A DNA stretch of 64,000 nucleotides from Candidatus Roizmanbacteria bacterium CG_4_9_14_0_2_um_filter_38_17 (GTDB taxonomy: Bacteria; Patescibacteriota; Microgenomatia; GCA-00278855). Under the pieces are notes generated by a model. That model made no database searches. It was not told where the DNA came from and saw only the letters and a list, made by a program, of their open reading frames with translations. Shown in pieces: positions 19,836-30,251 of this stretch (within the stretch, counting starts at the first letter, position 1; each line of letters opens with the position of its first letter). The DNA lies in contig PFSB01000006.1 in the NCBI GenBank assembly GCA_002788855.1, positions 99,292 through 163,291 on the forward strand, written 5' to 3'. Position numbers and translations under genes: made by a program.

Positions 19836-22800
19836 TGAAAAAATGGCTAAATTGGTTAGATGACAATATCTTAAAAGTGGTGGTGGTTTTCTTGATTGCA
19901 TTTATTCCACTGTATCCAAAATTTCCTTTATTAGATCTGAAGAATACCTGGGTATATATTCGTTGGGATGATATTGTAATTGCTCTTTCTAGTTTAATAT
20001 TTGGTATTCAGGTTTTGCGTTGGAAAGTAACGCTAAAAACTCCTCTCACAAAGCCAATCGCTCTGTACTGGATAGCTGGATTGTTAACAACCATATATGC
20101 TCTGTTTTTTATTTTGGGAAGCTTGCCTCATGTTTTCCCAAACTTGTCAGTTTTGCATTACCTGCGTCGAATTGAATATATGGTGGTATTTTTTATTGCA
20201 TTTAATAGCATAAAGTCAAAATCCGATGTTAAGTTGTATTTAATAACATTATGTTTGACGGTTTTTGCGATTATTATATATGCAGTAGGACAAAGATTCG
20301 CTGGATTTCCAGCAGTAATAACGATGAATGAAGAGTTTGCTAAAGGTAAGCTCCTTTATCTACCACCGACTGCGCGAATTACAGCAACATTTGCTGGGCA
20401 CTATGATTTGGCGGCTTATATGGTGCTTGTTATTCCTGTTATATTGGCGGCAATATTTTCTGTAAAACGAATTAGTTTAAAGATAGGACTGACGCTATTA
20501 TCTACATTTTCGTATATTGTGTTGCTGTTTACGGAGTCTAGAGTCTCAATCGCGGCATATTTTTTAGCGGTTAGTTCTACCATGATCTTTATGCGAAAGA
20601 AATTACTTCTTATACCGATATTAATTATAAGTTTTGTGCTAATGAATAATCTATCTGGCTCTTCTGAGAGATTATATAAAACATTTCGAATAAGAGATGT
20701 TGCTTTTAATATGGAAACAGGGCAACCTATAGCCGCAGTTGAGGATATAGACAAAGAAACAGGAATAGCTATTGCTGAATCACAGGAAGTTACCAAAGAA
20801 AGACTGCCGGTAGGATCAGGATTTATAGGATTACCTGGAGGAGGAGGAAGTGGAGGCGGAGGTAATAGTGCTGGTTCAGGTTTATTAAGTAGGTATGAGC
20901 CGAGCGAGAGAATTGAAGTTCGCCAATTAACATATAAAACATACGCTACTCAAGAGCTTGCGGCTACAGGTGGAGCAAAACTGGCGACGGTTTCTGGGAG
21001 GTTTTTGATACGCAAAGCTTTAGTTTATGACATTTCATTTACAACGCGATTTCAAGGTGAATGGCCACGAGCAATGGATGCTTTCCGTCGTAATCCCATC
21101 CTTGGTAGTGGTTTCTCTACCATAAGTCTAGCAACAGATAATGATTACTATCGAATGCTAGGGGAGACAGGAATCTTAGGAACCTTGACTTTTCTAGGGG
21201 TTTTCTTTGCCGCTGGAGTAGTGATTATGCGTAGCTATAAAAAAGTGGATCATAAGCTTTCTAGAAATTTTGCGTTAGGCATAGCTGGGGGGATTATTGG
21301 CTTAGCATTTAATGCACTTCTTATTGATGTATTTGAAGCTTCAAAGATTGCATACACACTCTGGATATTGATGGGGTTAGGATTGGGTGCTTTGGTGGTT
21401 AGTTATAAGGGTAAGTTTAATTATCTAAAGGAGCTAATAAGGTTAATCATCTCGAAACCTGTGTTAATTGTTGGACTTTTGACAATTGGTTTAGTTTCCT
21501 TTCTACCGTTTCTGAAAAATTATTTTACAGGTGATGATTTTACGTGGTTACGATGGGCAGCAGAAGATGGATTTGAGGATAGTTTGGCGTACTTTTTATA
21601 TGCAGATGGGTTCTTTTATCGACCATTGCAAAAATTGCTGTATCTAGTGATGTTTAATGTTTTTTGGCTGCAGCCTATGGGGTATCATTTCGTGAGTCTA
21701 GTGGTTCATCTTACTGCAACTGTAGGAGTGTATTTATTGAGCGATCAGCTTATAAAAAACAGGCGCTTAGCCCTTGTTCCAGCCTTTATTTTTCTTTTTC
21801 TAGCAAGTAATTCAGAGTCCATATTTTGGGCTTCTTCACTGGGTAATATGTTAGCTGTGATGACTATGGTGTGGTCTACCTATCTATATAGTCAGGCAAG
21901 ATTACATAATAAAATATTCCTGGGTGTTTTGGTGTTTGTCTTAAATATTATTGCAATGCTGGCCTATGAGGGAGGGATTACGGCTCCACTATTATTAGTT
22001 TTGTGGGAGTTAATATATGGAAGTCGTAAGATATGGCGTTTAATACCTAACTTGTTATTAATGCCAGCGTATGTAGTAGCGAGATATTTTGCTTCTGCGC
22101 ATGGGTTAGCTGGTGACTATAACTATAACTGGTTAAAATTACCAGTTAATGTTGTTGGTAATGCCTTGGCGTATCTAGTTATGTTTGTGACGGGACCACG
22201 CTGGGCAGGTGATTGGTTTAATAGCCTAAGATATCTTTTAAATAGCGAGGTTAAAACAATGATAGCTGTTACAGTCCTAGTTGCAATGTCTGGACTGATA
22301 TTTATTACTGTGATGATTAGACGCAGACAGTATGTTCCTAAGCTACTTTTGTTTGGAATTGGATATTCCATTATTGCTCTAATGCCATTTTTAGGATTGG
22401 GTAATGTTAGCATAAGGTATAGTTATTTGGCCGCACCTGGCTTTGCAATAGTATATATCTATGTTCTTAAGATGGCTTATGATCAGCTTAGAAAAGTTAA
22501 TTTTTTGCTTGCAATAATTGTCACAAGTTTTATATTTATTGCGACACTTAGCTTTAATTATCGACAGCTTGGAGAGTCTAATAGGGACTGGGTTCAGGCT
22601 GGTGAGATAGTCCAGAACACTCTGTTGAGTTTGAAGAATAAATATTTCCCTTTTGCTAGTAAAGGACGTTTTTACTTTGTAGATAGACCAATTCGATATG
22701 GTACAGCTTGGGTGTTTCCAGTTGGGTTAGCTGATGCTTTTTGGCATAGTTGGCAAGATCCACGTTTAGAAATCCACGAAGTTTCTTCAATTGGCGAGGG

Positions 22801-22918
22801 ATTTAGACTTGCTGATACTGCGGGTAATTCATATGTATTTATCTTTCGCGATGGAAAAATAGAATTGGTTAAGCATGAAATAGTGAAATTTGAAAAAGAG
22901 TTTGTTATTGTTGAATGA
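19832..22918 (+). CDS. Fusion: O-antigen ligase/O-oligosaccharyltransferase-like domain plus GT-C glycosyltransferase
   Basis: N-half RITATF, TESR, NPILGSG, DNDYYRMLGETGILG; C-half FTGDDF, FYRPL; 1028 aa multi-TM. Confidence 0.75.
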   Translation: MMKKWLNWLDDNILKVVVVFLIAFIPLYPKFPLLDLKNTWVYIRWDDIVIALSSLIFGIQVLRWKVTLKTPLTKPIALYWIAGLLTTIYALFFILGSLPHVFPNLSVLHYLRRIEYMVVFFIAFNSIKSKSDVKLYLITLCLTVFAIIIYAVGQRFAGFPAVITMNEEFAKGKLLYLPPTARITATFAGHYDLAAYMVLVIPVILAAIFSVKRISLKIGLTLLSTFSYIVLLFTESRVSIAAYFLAVSSTMIFMRKKLLLIPILIISFVLMNNLSGSSERLYKTFRIRDVAFNMETGQPIAAVEDIDKETGIAIAESQEVTKERLPVGSGFIGLPGGGGSGGGGNSAGSGLLSRYEPSERIEVRQLTYKTYATQELAATGGAKLATVSGRFLIRKALVYDISFTTRFQGEWPRAMDAFRRNPILGSGFSTISLATDNDYYRMLGETGILGTLTFLGVFFAAGVVIMRSYKKVDHKLSRNFALGIAGGIIGLAFNALLIDVFEASKIAYTLWILMGLGLGALVVSYKGKFNYLKELIRLIISKPVLIVGLLTIGLVSFLPFLKNYFTGDDFTWLRWAAEDGFEDSLAYFLYADGFFYRPLQKLLYLVMFNVFWLQPMGYHFVSLVVHLTATVGVYLLSDQLIKNRRLALVPAFIFLFLASNSESIFWASSLGNMLAVMTMVWSTYLYSQARLHNKIFLGVLVFVLNIIAMLAYEGGITAPLLLVLWELIYGSRKIWRLIPNLLLMPAYVVARYFASAHGLAGDYNYNWLKLPVNVVGNALAYLVMFVTGPRWAGDWFNSLRYLLNSEVKTMIAVTVLVAMSGLIFITVMIRRRQYVPKLLLFGIGYSIIALMPFLGLGNVSIRYSYLAAPGFAIVYIYVLKMAYDQLRKVNFLLAIIVTSFIFIATLSFNYRQLGESNRDWVQAGEIVQNTLLSLKNKYFPFASKGRFYFVDRPIRYGTAWVFPVGLADAFWHSWQDPRLEIHEVSSIGEGFRLADTAGNSYVFIFRDGKIELVKHEIVKFEKEFVIVE

Positions 22919-24327
22919 AATACAGGATAGCGCTGCTAATAATTCTAATTTTGGCGGTGGTATTGAGATTACGCGGAATAAATAGTCCGGTTGCAGACTG
23001 GCACTCTTGGCGTCAGGCAGATACCGCAGCTGTAGCGCGAAACTTTGAGAAGTTTGGAGTCGATGTTCTTCATCCTCGTTATGATGATTTGTCTAATATA
23101 TCCTCTGGTCTGGACAATCCGATGGGTTGGAGAATGGTGGAGTTTCCTATCTACCAGTTTGTAGCAGTTGGCTTAAAACAAGCGTTTGGTGTATGGTCAA
23201 TTGAGGTATGGCTCAGATTAATAAGTATATCTTTCTCAACTGGATCTGTACTGCTGATTTATCTTCTTGGGGTCCATGTGGTAAATAAACGAGTAGGACT
23301 GATGTCTGCATTAGGCTACGGAGTTTTTCCGTACTCTGTATATTATGGTAGAGTAATTTTACCTGAAGCAACAGCGGTCTTCTTAGCATTGCTATCTATT
23401 TACCTTTTAATTCGTGTGAAGAGTAACTTAGTAGCAGTGATTTCATCTGGGGTTGTTGGAGCACTTGTGCTACTGGTTAAGCCAACAGCTGCTTTTATCA
23501 TGTTGCCGATGATATATTTTGCTTGGGTTAGATTTAAAGGTATTAGGGGTATCTTTTCAATTTGGCCATATCTTTTGGCTATCTTAATGTTTGTTCCATT
23601 TATCTGGTGGAGAAACTGGATAGCTTCATATCCCGAAGGTATTCCCGCGAACATGTGGTTATTAAATGGTGATGGAATCCGATTAAAAGGTGCGTGGTTT
23701 TACTGGTTATTCGGAGAGCGAATAGCTAAATTAATACTTGGATACTGGGGAGTTGTTCCTCTAGCAATGGGAGTTTTGTGGATGCTAACTAATTCAAAAC
23801 TAAAGCCATTGCTCTGGTTTGTAGTGGGGGCTGGAATATATCTGGTTGTATTCGCAACAGGTAATGTTAAGCACGACTATTATCAAGTGATGATATTGCC
23901 TGCTCTTTTCTTTGCTGTGGCTGTAGGTATTGAGTATCTTATAAAAGATAAAAAAACCTATGTCGAGCGATTTGTTTCTTACGCTTTTGTAATAGTTATT
24001 ATGGGATTGTCAGTAGTTCTTTCTTGGCACGAAATTCGGACATATTACTGGATTAATAATATGAAAATGGTTGAGGTGGGTAAAGTGGTTGATAATTTAT
24101 TGCCCAGCGATGCAAAAGTCATAGCACCGTACGGTGGAGATACGGCTTTTTTGTATCAGACTAATCGCGCGGGTTGGCCAATAGGGTTTGAAATAGAAGA
24201 TAAAATAGAAAAAGGGGCAACTGCCTATGTTTCAATTGATCCATTAGATATAGAGCCTAGAACGCTTGCTGAAAAATATACAGTTGTTGAAGAAGGGGAA
24301 GGGTATATTATTATTTCGCTAAAATGA
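22915..24327 (+). CDS. ArnT/PMT-like membrane glycosyltransferase
   Basis: HSWRQADTAAVARNF, VEFPIY, LVKP, HDYYQ. Confidence 0.85.
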   Translation: MKYRIALLIILILAVVLRLRGINSPVADWHSWRQADTAAVARNFEKFGVDVLHPRYDDLSNISSGLDNPMGWRMVEFPIYQFVAVGLKQAFGVWSIEVWLRLISISFSTGSVLLIYLLGVHVVNKRVGLMSALGYGVFPYSVYYGRVILPEATAVFLALLSIYLLIRVKSNLVAVISSGVVGALVLLVKPTAAFIMLPMIYFAWVRFKGIRGIFSIWPYLLAILMFVPFIWWRNWIASYPEGIPANMWLLNGDGIRLKGAWFYWLFGERIAKLILGYWGVVPLAMGVLWMLTNSKLKPLLWFVVGAGIYLVVFATGNVKHDYYQVMILPALFFAVAVGIEYLIKDKKTYVERFVSYAFVIVIMGLSVVLSWHEIRTYYWINNMKMVEVGKVVDNLLPSDAKVIAPYGGDTAFLYQTNRAGWPIGFEIEDKIEKGATAYVSIDPLDIEPRTLAEKYTVVEEGEGYIIISLK

Positions 24328-25499
24328 AAATTCTATTTGTCACTTATGATCTACCGTATCCACTTGATGCGGGAGGAAAAGTTCGTGCATATAACTTAAT
24401 AAAGGAACTAGCTAAAGAGAATGAGGTGACATTGTTTTCTTACTACCGTGATAACTCTCAGCTAAGTTATGTGGATGAACTGCGTAAATACTGTGCTAAC
24501 GTTCATCTCTTCAAGCGAGTAGCTGTATTTTCACTAAAGCATATAGTTAATACGATTTTGCATCCAAATCTCACTGCGCATATCTCACATTACTACCACT
24601 CCGGTCTTAGCCAAGAGCTGGATAAAGAATTACAAACTGGCATCTACGACCTACTACATCTGGAATCATTCTATACAAGTCATCTCTTGGGAGATTACAA
24701 CGTTACCCAGGTTTTGGGCACAGAAAATATTGAATGGAAGATATATCAAGGGCATTTCGAGATGAAATCTTTTACTAGTAGATTTCCACTGCAACTGGAA
24801 GCTTTTCGAACAAGGATGTTTGAGCAGTCTAGTTGGAAAAAAGCCGACGCGTTACTTGCGGTTTGCCTGTCTGATAAGGCTACAATTAGCGAACATACTA
24901 CGAAATCAGTGTACGAGATTCCAAATGGAGTGGATATTGATTATTTTTGCTACGAAAGTCCAACCATAGATATAAATAAGTTAAAGTTATTGTATGTAGG
25001 AGATTATGCCTATCTTCAGAATAGTGATGCAATTAGCTGGTTGTTAAAAGATATATACCCAGCAATAAGAGCCAAGTATCCTAATTCAACATTGACTATA
25101 GTTGGCAAGAATATTCCAGAGAATCTTGAAAAAAGCTATGGTGTAACTATCCAAAGAGATGTTGAAGATATTCGTGAAGTATATTCCGATGCAGATATGC
25201 TGCTTGCACCGCTTCGTATAAGCTCGGGAACTCAGTTTAAGATACTTGAGGCAATGGCTACTGGTGTAATTGTGCTTACAACGCCTACGGGGATACAGGG
25301 ATTAAATGCTAAACCCGGAAAGGAACTTGTTGTATTTAAAGATAAGAGAGATGTAGCATTGGCAATAGAAAATATTCTAAAGTCTCAAAATACAGCTGAA
25401 GAGATGTCCAAAAGAGCAAGAGAACTTGTTGAGAAAGAGTATAGCTGGAATATGATAGGCTCAAAATTAAGATCAATTTATAAAAATTTAGTGAAATGA
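24324..25499 (+). CDS. Glycosyltransferase family 4
   Basis: PYPLDAGGKVR, IPNGVD, GTQFKILEAMA. Confidence 0.92.
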   Translation: MKILFVTYDLPYPLDAGGKVRAYNLIKELAKENEVTLFSYYRDNSQLSYVDELRKYCANVHLFKRVAVFSLKHIVNTILHPNLTAHISHYYHSGLSQELDKELQTGIYDLLHLESFYTSHLLGDYNVTQVLGTENIEWKIYQGHFEMKSFTSRFPLQLEAFRTRMFEQSSWKKADALLAVCLSDKATISEHTTKSVYEIPNGVDIDYFCYESPTIDINKLKLLYVGDYAYLQNSDAISWLLKDIYPAIRAKYPNSTLTIVGKNIPENLEKSYGVTIQRDVEDIREVYSDADMLLAPLRISSGTQFKILEAMATGVIVLTTPTGIQGLNAKPGKELVVFKDKRDVALAIENILKSQNTAEEMSKRARELVEKEYSWNMIGSKLRSIYKNLVK

Positions 25500-26386
25500 A
25501 ATTGGCAGTAATTATTGTTAGTTATAATACAAAACCGTATCTTCAGAAGTGTTTAAAGACGTTAAGCAAGAGTAATTATCCTACTAAAGACTTATCTATT
25601 GTTGTGGTAGATAATGCGTCAACAGATGGAACAGTAGCGGAGCTTAAAGTGTTATTTCAAGATGTTACATGGGTTAAGCTGGATGAAAATACCGGATTTT
25701 CCCGTGCCAATAATATAGGAATTAAGCGAGCCGGTGAGGCTGATTATTATCTGTTTCTAAATCCCGACACAGAAGTTTTACCCAGTGGGTTGTCTAAGAT
25801 GGTCAGTTATCTAGAAAGCAATCCAGATGTGGGTATTTTAACTCCGTATGTTAAATTAACAGATGGTTTAATTGACGATGCATGTCATCGGGGATTTCCA
25901 ACTCCCTGGAATGCTTTTTGTCATTTTTCTGGATTAGCTTCGATGTTCCCACGCTCGTTGCTGTTTAATGGTTATCACTTAGGCTATAGGAGTCTAGATA
26001 AGATACACGAAATTGATGCGTGCGTAGGCGCGGCGATGTTAGTAAGAAAAAAAGTAGGCGAAGATATAGGCTGGTGGGATGAAGATTTTTTTTGGTATGG
26101 TGAAGATCTGGATTTTTGTTATAAGGCCAAAGAGAGAGGAAATAAGATAGTATTTAATCCCGATGTTGTAGTACTGCATCATAAGGGAGTATCTGGAGGA
26201 ATTAAAAAGAAGTCTAGTAATTATTCAAACGTAGATAGATTGACTAAAAAAAGGGCACAGGAAGCAAGATTCGATGCAATGATTATTTTTTATAAGAAAC
26301 ACTATACTAACAAGTATCCCAAAATATTAACATTAATTGTTACTTCGTTTATTCGAATAATCAAAGTAATTAAAGTGGGTATATGA
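25496..26386 (+). CDS. Glycosyltransferase family 2
   Basis: VVDNASTDG, FLNPD, DEDFFWYGEDLD. Confidence 0.93.
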   Translation: MKLAVIIVSYNTKPYLQKCLKTLSKSNYPTKDLSIVVVDNASTDGTVAELKVLFQDVTWVKLDENTGFSRANNIGIKRAGEADYYLFLNPDTEVLPSGLSKMVSYLESNPDVGILTPYVKLTDGLIDDACHRGFPTPWNAFCHFSGLASMFPRSLLFNGYHLGYRSLDKIHEIDACVGAAMLVRKKVGEDIGWWDEDFFWYGEDLDFCYKAKERGNKIVFNPDVVVLHHKGVSGGIKKKSSNYSNVDRLTKKRAQEARFDAMIIFYKKHYTNKYPKILTLIVTSFIRIIKVIKVGI

Positions 26387-27429
26387 GAATTGGAATTGAT
26401 ACTCGCTTACAAAATGAGAGCGGTGTAGGTAGATACATACGGAATTTATTGCTTAATCTTAGGAAGCTTAATAGCGGCCATGAATATGTTTCAATTAGCC
26501 CAGATATTAAATGGCACTCAATTAAAGAGCAGCTTATAATGCCATTTTTATTAGGAAATAAATATAACTTGGTTCATTTTCCTTACTTCAATGTCCCTAT
26601 TTTTTACTCTGGAAAATATGTGATGACTGTACACGATCTTATTATTAATACTTATGCTACAGGTAGAGCAAGTACGCTGAATCCAGTATTGTATTGGTTG
26701 AAGAGAATGGCATATTTATTGGTATTAAGTCTCGCGGTGAGACGCGCATGCAGAGTAATTGTGCCAAGTTTTGCTGTTAAAGAACAGTTGCTTCAAGCAT
26801 ATAATATAGGACCAGAGAAAATATCTGTAATATATGAAGGTGTTGATAAGAAACTAAGCGAAGCTACTGGAGGAGGAGATGTTTTAAATAGATATCAACT
26901 TAAAGGTCAGCAATATTTGTTATATGTGGGCAATGCATACCCACATAAAAATCTTGAAACTCTGCTTGTGACTTTTGATAAGATTAGAGAGGGTAATCTT
27001 AAGTTGATACTAGTTGGTAAGTATGACTATTTTTACAACCAGTTCATTGCTGCTAACATGAATAGAAATATTATTTTTACAGGATATGTTGAAGATAATG
27101 AGCTGGCAATTTTGTATAGAGAAGCTTTGTTACTTATCCAGCCTTCGCTAATGGAGGGGTTTAGTTTACCCACAGTCGAAGCAATGGCCAGAGGTTGCCC
27201 TGTTCTTTGCAGTGATATTCCTGTTCATCGTGAAATTTGTCTTGATGCTGCTTTATATTTTAAATCCCAAGATTCTCAAGATCTATATAGTAAGCTTATG
27301 GAGCTGATTGCAGATAGAGACAAACGTAATAATCTCATAGAAAAAGGTAAAGCTAGAGTAACAATATTCTCATGGGAGGATACGGCTGCTTTGACCCTTC
27401 AAACATATGAAAGTTGCTTTAGTTTATGA
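26383..27429 (+). CDS. Glycosyltransferase family 4
   Basis: VGNAYPHKN, EGFSLPTVEAM. Confidence 0.93.
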   Translation: MRIGIDTRLQNESGVGRYIRNLLLNLRKLNSGHEYVSISPDIKWHSIKEQLIMPFLLGNKYNLVHFPYFNVPIFYSGKYVMTVHDLIINTYATGRASTLNPVLYWLKRMAYLLVLSLAVRRACRVIVPSFAVKEQLLQAYNIGPEKISVIYEGVDKKLSEATGGGDVLNRYQLKGQQYLLYVGNAYPHKNLETLLVTFDKIREGNLKLILVGKYDYFYNQFIAANMNRNIIFTGYVEDNELAILYREALLLIQPSLMEGFSLPTVEAMARGCPVLCSDIPVHREICLDAALYFKSQDSQDLYSKLMELIADRDKRNNLIEKGKARVTIFSWEDTAALTLQTYESCFSL

Positions 27430-28516
27430 TCGGGTAAACAAATGGGGAGGCGCTGAAAGAGTGTTGCTAGCTCTTCATGAGATTTGGCCAGATGCACCTT
27501 TGTTTACAGGTGTATACAATCCGCAGTCTGCGAAATGGGCTGATGTTTTTGAAGTTAAGCCCTCGCTGATAGATAAGTTAATATTTACTCGTACACGCCA
27601 TGAGCTGTTTGCTTGGCTGATGCCATTTGGTTTTGAAAACTTTTTATTTGATGATTATGATCTAGTTATATCAGTAACTTCAGCTGAGGCAAAAGGTATT
27701 ATAACTAAGCCCAAAACTCTCCATATTTGTTACTGTCTAACCCCAACTAGGTATTTATGGAGCAATGATAAGCAGTATCGAAATAGCATTCATCCAGCTA
27801 TTAGGTGGGTAGCCGATCCTGTGTTAACGTACCTTAGAAAATGGGATAAAGTGGCTGCCTCACGACCAGATGCTTATGTTGCTATTTCAGAGTATGTCAG
27901 TAACCGAATAAAGCGCTACTATAATCGAGACTCAGTAGTTATTTATCCCCCCGTATCACAGCTTGCAGACACCCATTCCAGGAGCGTGATACACACTCCT
28001 GAAATGGGTAAGGGTTATTATTTAGTTGTTAGTCGACTTGTTAAGTATAAAAAAGTGGATTTAGCGATAAAAGCGTGTGAGCAACTAAAACACTCGCTTG
28101 TGATTATTGGAACAGGATCAGAAAAGGACTACTTGCAGAAGTTAGCTGGTAATAATACAACTTTTATATCTGACGTGAATGATGGTGAGCTGGCTGGTTA
28201 TTATCAGAGTTGCAAAGCTCTCATAGCGCCGCAAGAGGAAGATTTTGGTTTGGTTGCCGCGGAAGCTCAGTCAATGGGTAAGCCGGTAATAACTTTTTAT
28301 AAAGGTGGAGTTAGTGAAATTGTGAAAGACGGAGTTACAGGTAAGTATTTTAATAAGCAGACGGTTGCCTCGCTTATAGAAGCCTTGGCAGACTTCGATG
28401 CATCTGTGTATAATAGCAAAGAAATAAGAAGCAAAAGTAAAAAATTTAGTAAACTTAACTTTATGCGTAAATTTGAAAAACATTCGTTGAGTATGTTAAA
28501 TACATACAATAGATAA
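27407..28516 (+). CDS. Glycosyltransferase family 4 (WbaZ-like mannosyltransferase)
   Basis: GGAERVL, YCLTPTRYLW, EEDFGLVAAEAQ. Confidence 0.93.
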   Translation: MKVALVYDRVNKWGGAERVLLALHEIWPDAPLFTGVYNPQSAKWADVFEVKPSLIDKLIFTRTRHELFAWLMPFGFENFLFDDYDLVISVTSAEAKGIITKPKTLHICYCLTPTRYLWSNDKQYRNSIHPAIRWVADPVLTYLRKWDKVAASRPDAYVAISEYVSNRIKRYYNRDSVVIYPPVSQLADTHSRSVIHTPEMGKGYYLVVSRLVKYKKVDLAIKACEQLKHSLVIIGTGSEKDYLQKLAGNNTTFISDVNDGELAGYYQSCKALIAPQEEDFGLVAAEAQSMGKPVITFYKGGVSEIVKDGVTGKYFNKQTVASLIEALADFDASVYNSKEIRSKSKKFSKLNFMRKFEKHSLSMLNTYNR

Positions 28517-28527
28517 ATACTAAACAT

Positions 28528-29610
28528 ATGAAAGCAGTAATTTTTGCAGGTGGTGTAGGAACAAGATTGTGGCCGCTGTCTAGAAAAAAATCCCCCAAAC
28601 AATTTGAGCAAATTGTAGGTAATAGCTCCACTCTTCAATTATCAGTTGAGCGTTTAACATCGAGTTTTACGCCTGAACAAATATATATATCTACAGGAAT
28701 GCCATATGTAGATATGGTCTCGGATCAGCTTCCAGATATACCTAAAGATAATATTATTGGTGAACCTGAAATGCGTGATGTGGGTCCAGCTGTTGGTTTA
28801 ATATCTGCGATCTTACGTAAAGATGCTCCTGGTGAGCCATTTGCAATATTATGGAGTGATCATTTGGTTAAAAATGTGAAGCTATTCAACCGTATCTTAG
28901 GAGTTGGTGGAAAATTAGTTGAAAAAGATAAAGACAGTATAGTCTTTATTGGTCAAACCCCACGCTTTGCTAGTGAAAACTTAGGATGGATAGAAAGAGA
29001 TAAAAAACAAAATGAGATAGAGGGGATAGATGTATATGGATTTAAAAGCTGGAAATATCGACCAGATAAAGTTACAGCAGATAAGTTTTTCAAGAGTGGT
29101 AAACATCTCTGGAATCTTGGTTATTTTGTTACGACACCAGAGTTTTTACTTAAGCAGTATAAAAAATATGTTCCAGAAATGTACGAAAAGCTCCAGAAAA
29201 TAGTCGAATTAAGAGGAAAAGCTGGGTATGAAAAAAGGCTTAAGGAGATATATCCAACTTTAGAAAAAATAAGCTTCGATAATGCAATCCTAGAAAAAAT
29301 AGAGACTGGAAATAGATATGTAATCGCGGAAGACATCGGGTGGAGCGATGTGGGTGCCTGGGAGGCTTTAAAAGAGGCATTAGAGGATGAGCCAGGGCAG
29401 AATATAACTAAGGGGAAGGTTATTATAAATAATTGCAGTGATAGCTTAATATATAGCTATACGGGTCAGACCGTTGCGGCCATAGATCTTGACCATATGA
29501 TGATTGTAAATACTGAAGATGTGCTCTTGATTTGTCCTAAAAAATCTACACCAAAAGTTAAAGAATTGGTGAATAGCTTAGTAGGCACGGATAATGATCA
29601 TCTTACATAA
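28528..29610 (+). CDS. manC: Mannose-1-phosphate guanylyltransferase
   Basis: AGGVGTRLWPLSR..PKQF, SDH, ISFDNAILEK, GWSDVGAW. Confidence 0.9.
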   Translation: MKAVIFAGGVGTRLWPLSRKKSPKQFEQIVGNSSTLQLSVERLTSSFTPEQIYISTGMPYVDMVSDQLPDIPKDNIIGEPEMRDVGPAVGLISAILRKDAPGEPFAILWSDHLVKNVKLFNRILGVGGKLVEKDKDSIVFIGQTPRFASENLGWIERDKKQNEIEGIDVYGFKSWKYRPDKVTADKFFKSGKHLWNLGYFVTTPEFLLKQYKKYVPEMYEKLQKIVELRGKAGYEKRLKEIYPTLEKISFDNAILEKIETGNRYVIAEDIGWSDVGAWEALKEALEDEPGQNITKGKVIINNCSDSLIYSYTGQTVAAIDLDHMMIVNTEDVLLICPKKSTPKVKELVNSLVGTDNDHLT

Positions 29611-29613
29611 ATA

Positions 29614-30249
29614 ATGTATCCCAAACTTAAACGCGTTTTTGATCTTGTTTGTACAACAATTTTAATGATTGTTTTTTTGCCCATTGCTTTGTTTACGGCA
29701 ATTGCTATTAAATTGGATACAAAGGGTCCAGTCTTTGCAGATACCCCAGAGCGAGTAGGAAAAAATGGTGTACCTTTTAAGATGTATAAATTTCGTTCAA
29801 TGATTATGGATGCTCATAATTTACTTAGAAAAGACCCCAAGTTGAGAGTATTATACGAGCAGTATAAAAAGAATAGTTACAAGTTGGTTGAAGATCCACG
29901 TGTAACAGTAGTGGGTAAGTTTATTCGTAAACATTCTGTTGACGAGCTTCCACAGCTAATCAATGTGATTCGTGGTGAGATGAGCTTAGTTGGTCCCAGA
30001 GCTTATTATCCTGACGAACTAAAGGATCAGCAAAAAAAATATCCACATACACAAAAATCTGTGCAGAAGGTACTTTCTATCAAACCAGGAATCACTGGTA
30101 TCTGGCAGGTATCAGGTAGGTCTGAGGTGAACTTTGATAAACGAATTGCTATGGATGCAAAGTATGCAAGTAAACGATCATTGTTGTATGATATTTCTAT
30201 TCTTCTTAAAACACCTTGGGCCATGATTGGTGGAAAAGGAGCGGTGTAA
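29614..30249 (+). CDS. Initiating polyprenyl-phosphate phosphoglycosyl transferase (bacterial sugar transferase)
   Basis: [39 protein letters not shown]. Confidence 0.95.
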   Translation: MYPKLKRVFDLVCTTILMIVFLPIALFTAIAIKLDTKGPVFADTPERVGKNGVPFKMYKFRSMIMDAHNLLRKDPKLRVLYEQYKKNSYKLVEDPRVTVVGKFIRKHSVDELPQLINVIRGEMSLVGPRAYYPDELKDQQKKYPHTQKSVQKVLSIKPGITGIWQVSGRSEVNFDKRIAMDAKYASKRSLLYDISILLKTPWAMIGGKGAV

Positions 30250-30251
30250 AT

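Noticed and set aside
20836-20862. GGA repeats as a contingency or mobile repeat
   Set aside because: Explained by the Gly-rich linker GGGGSGGGG.
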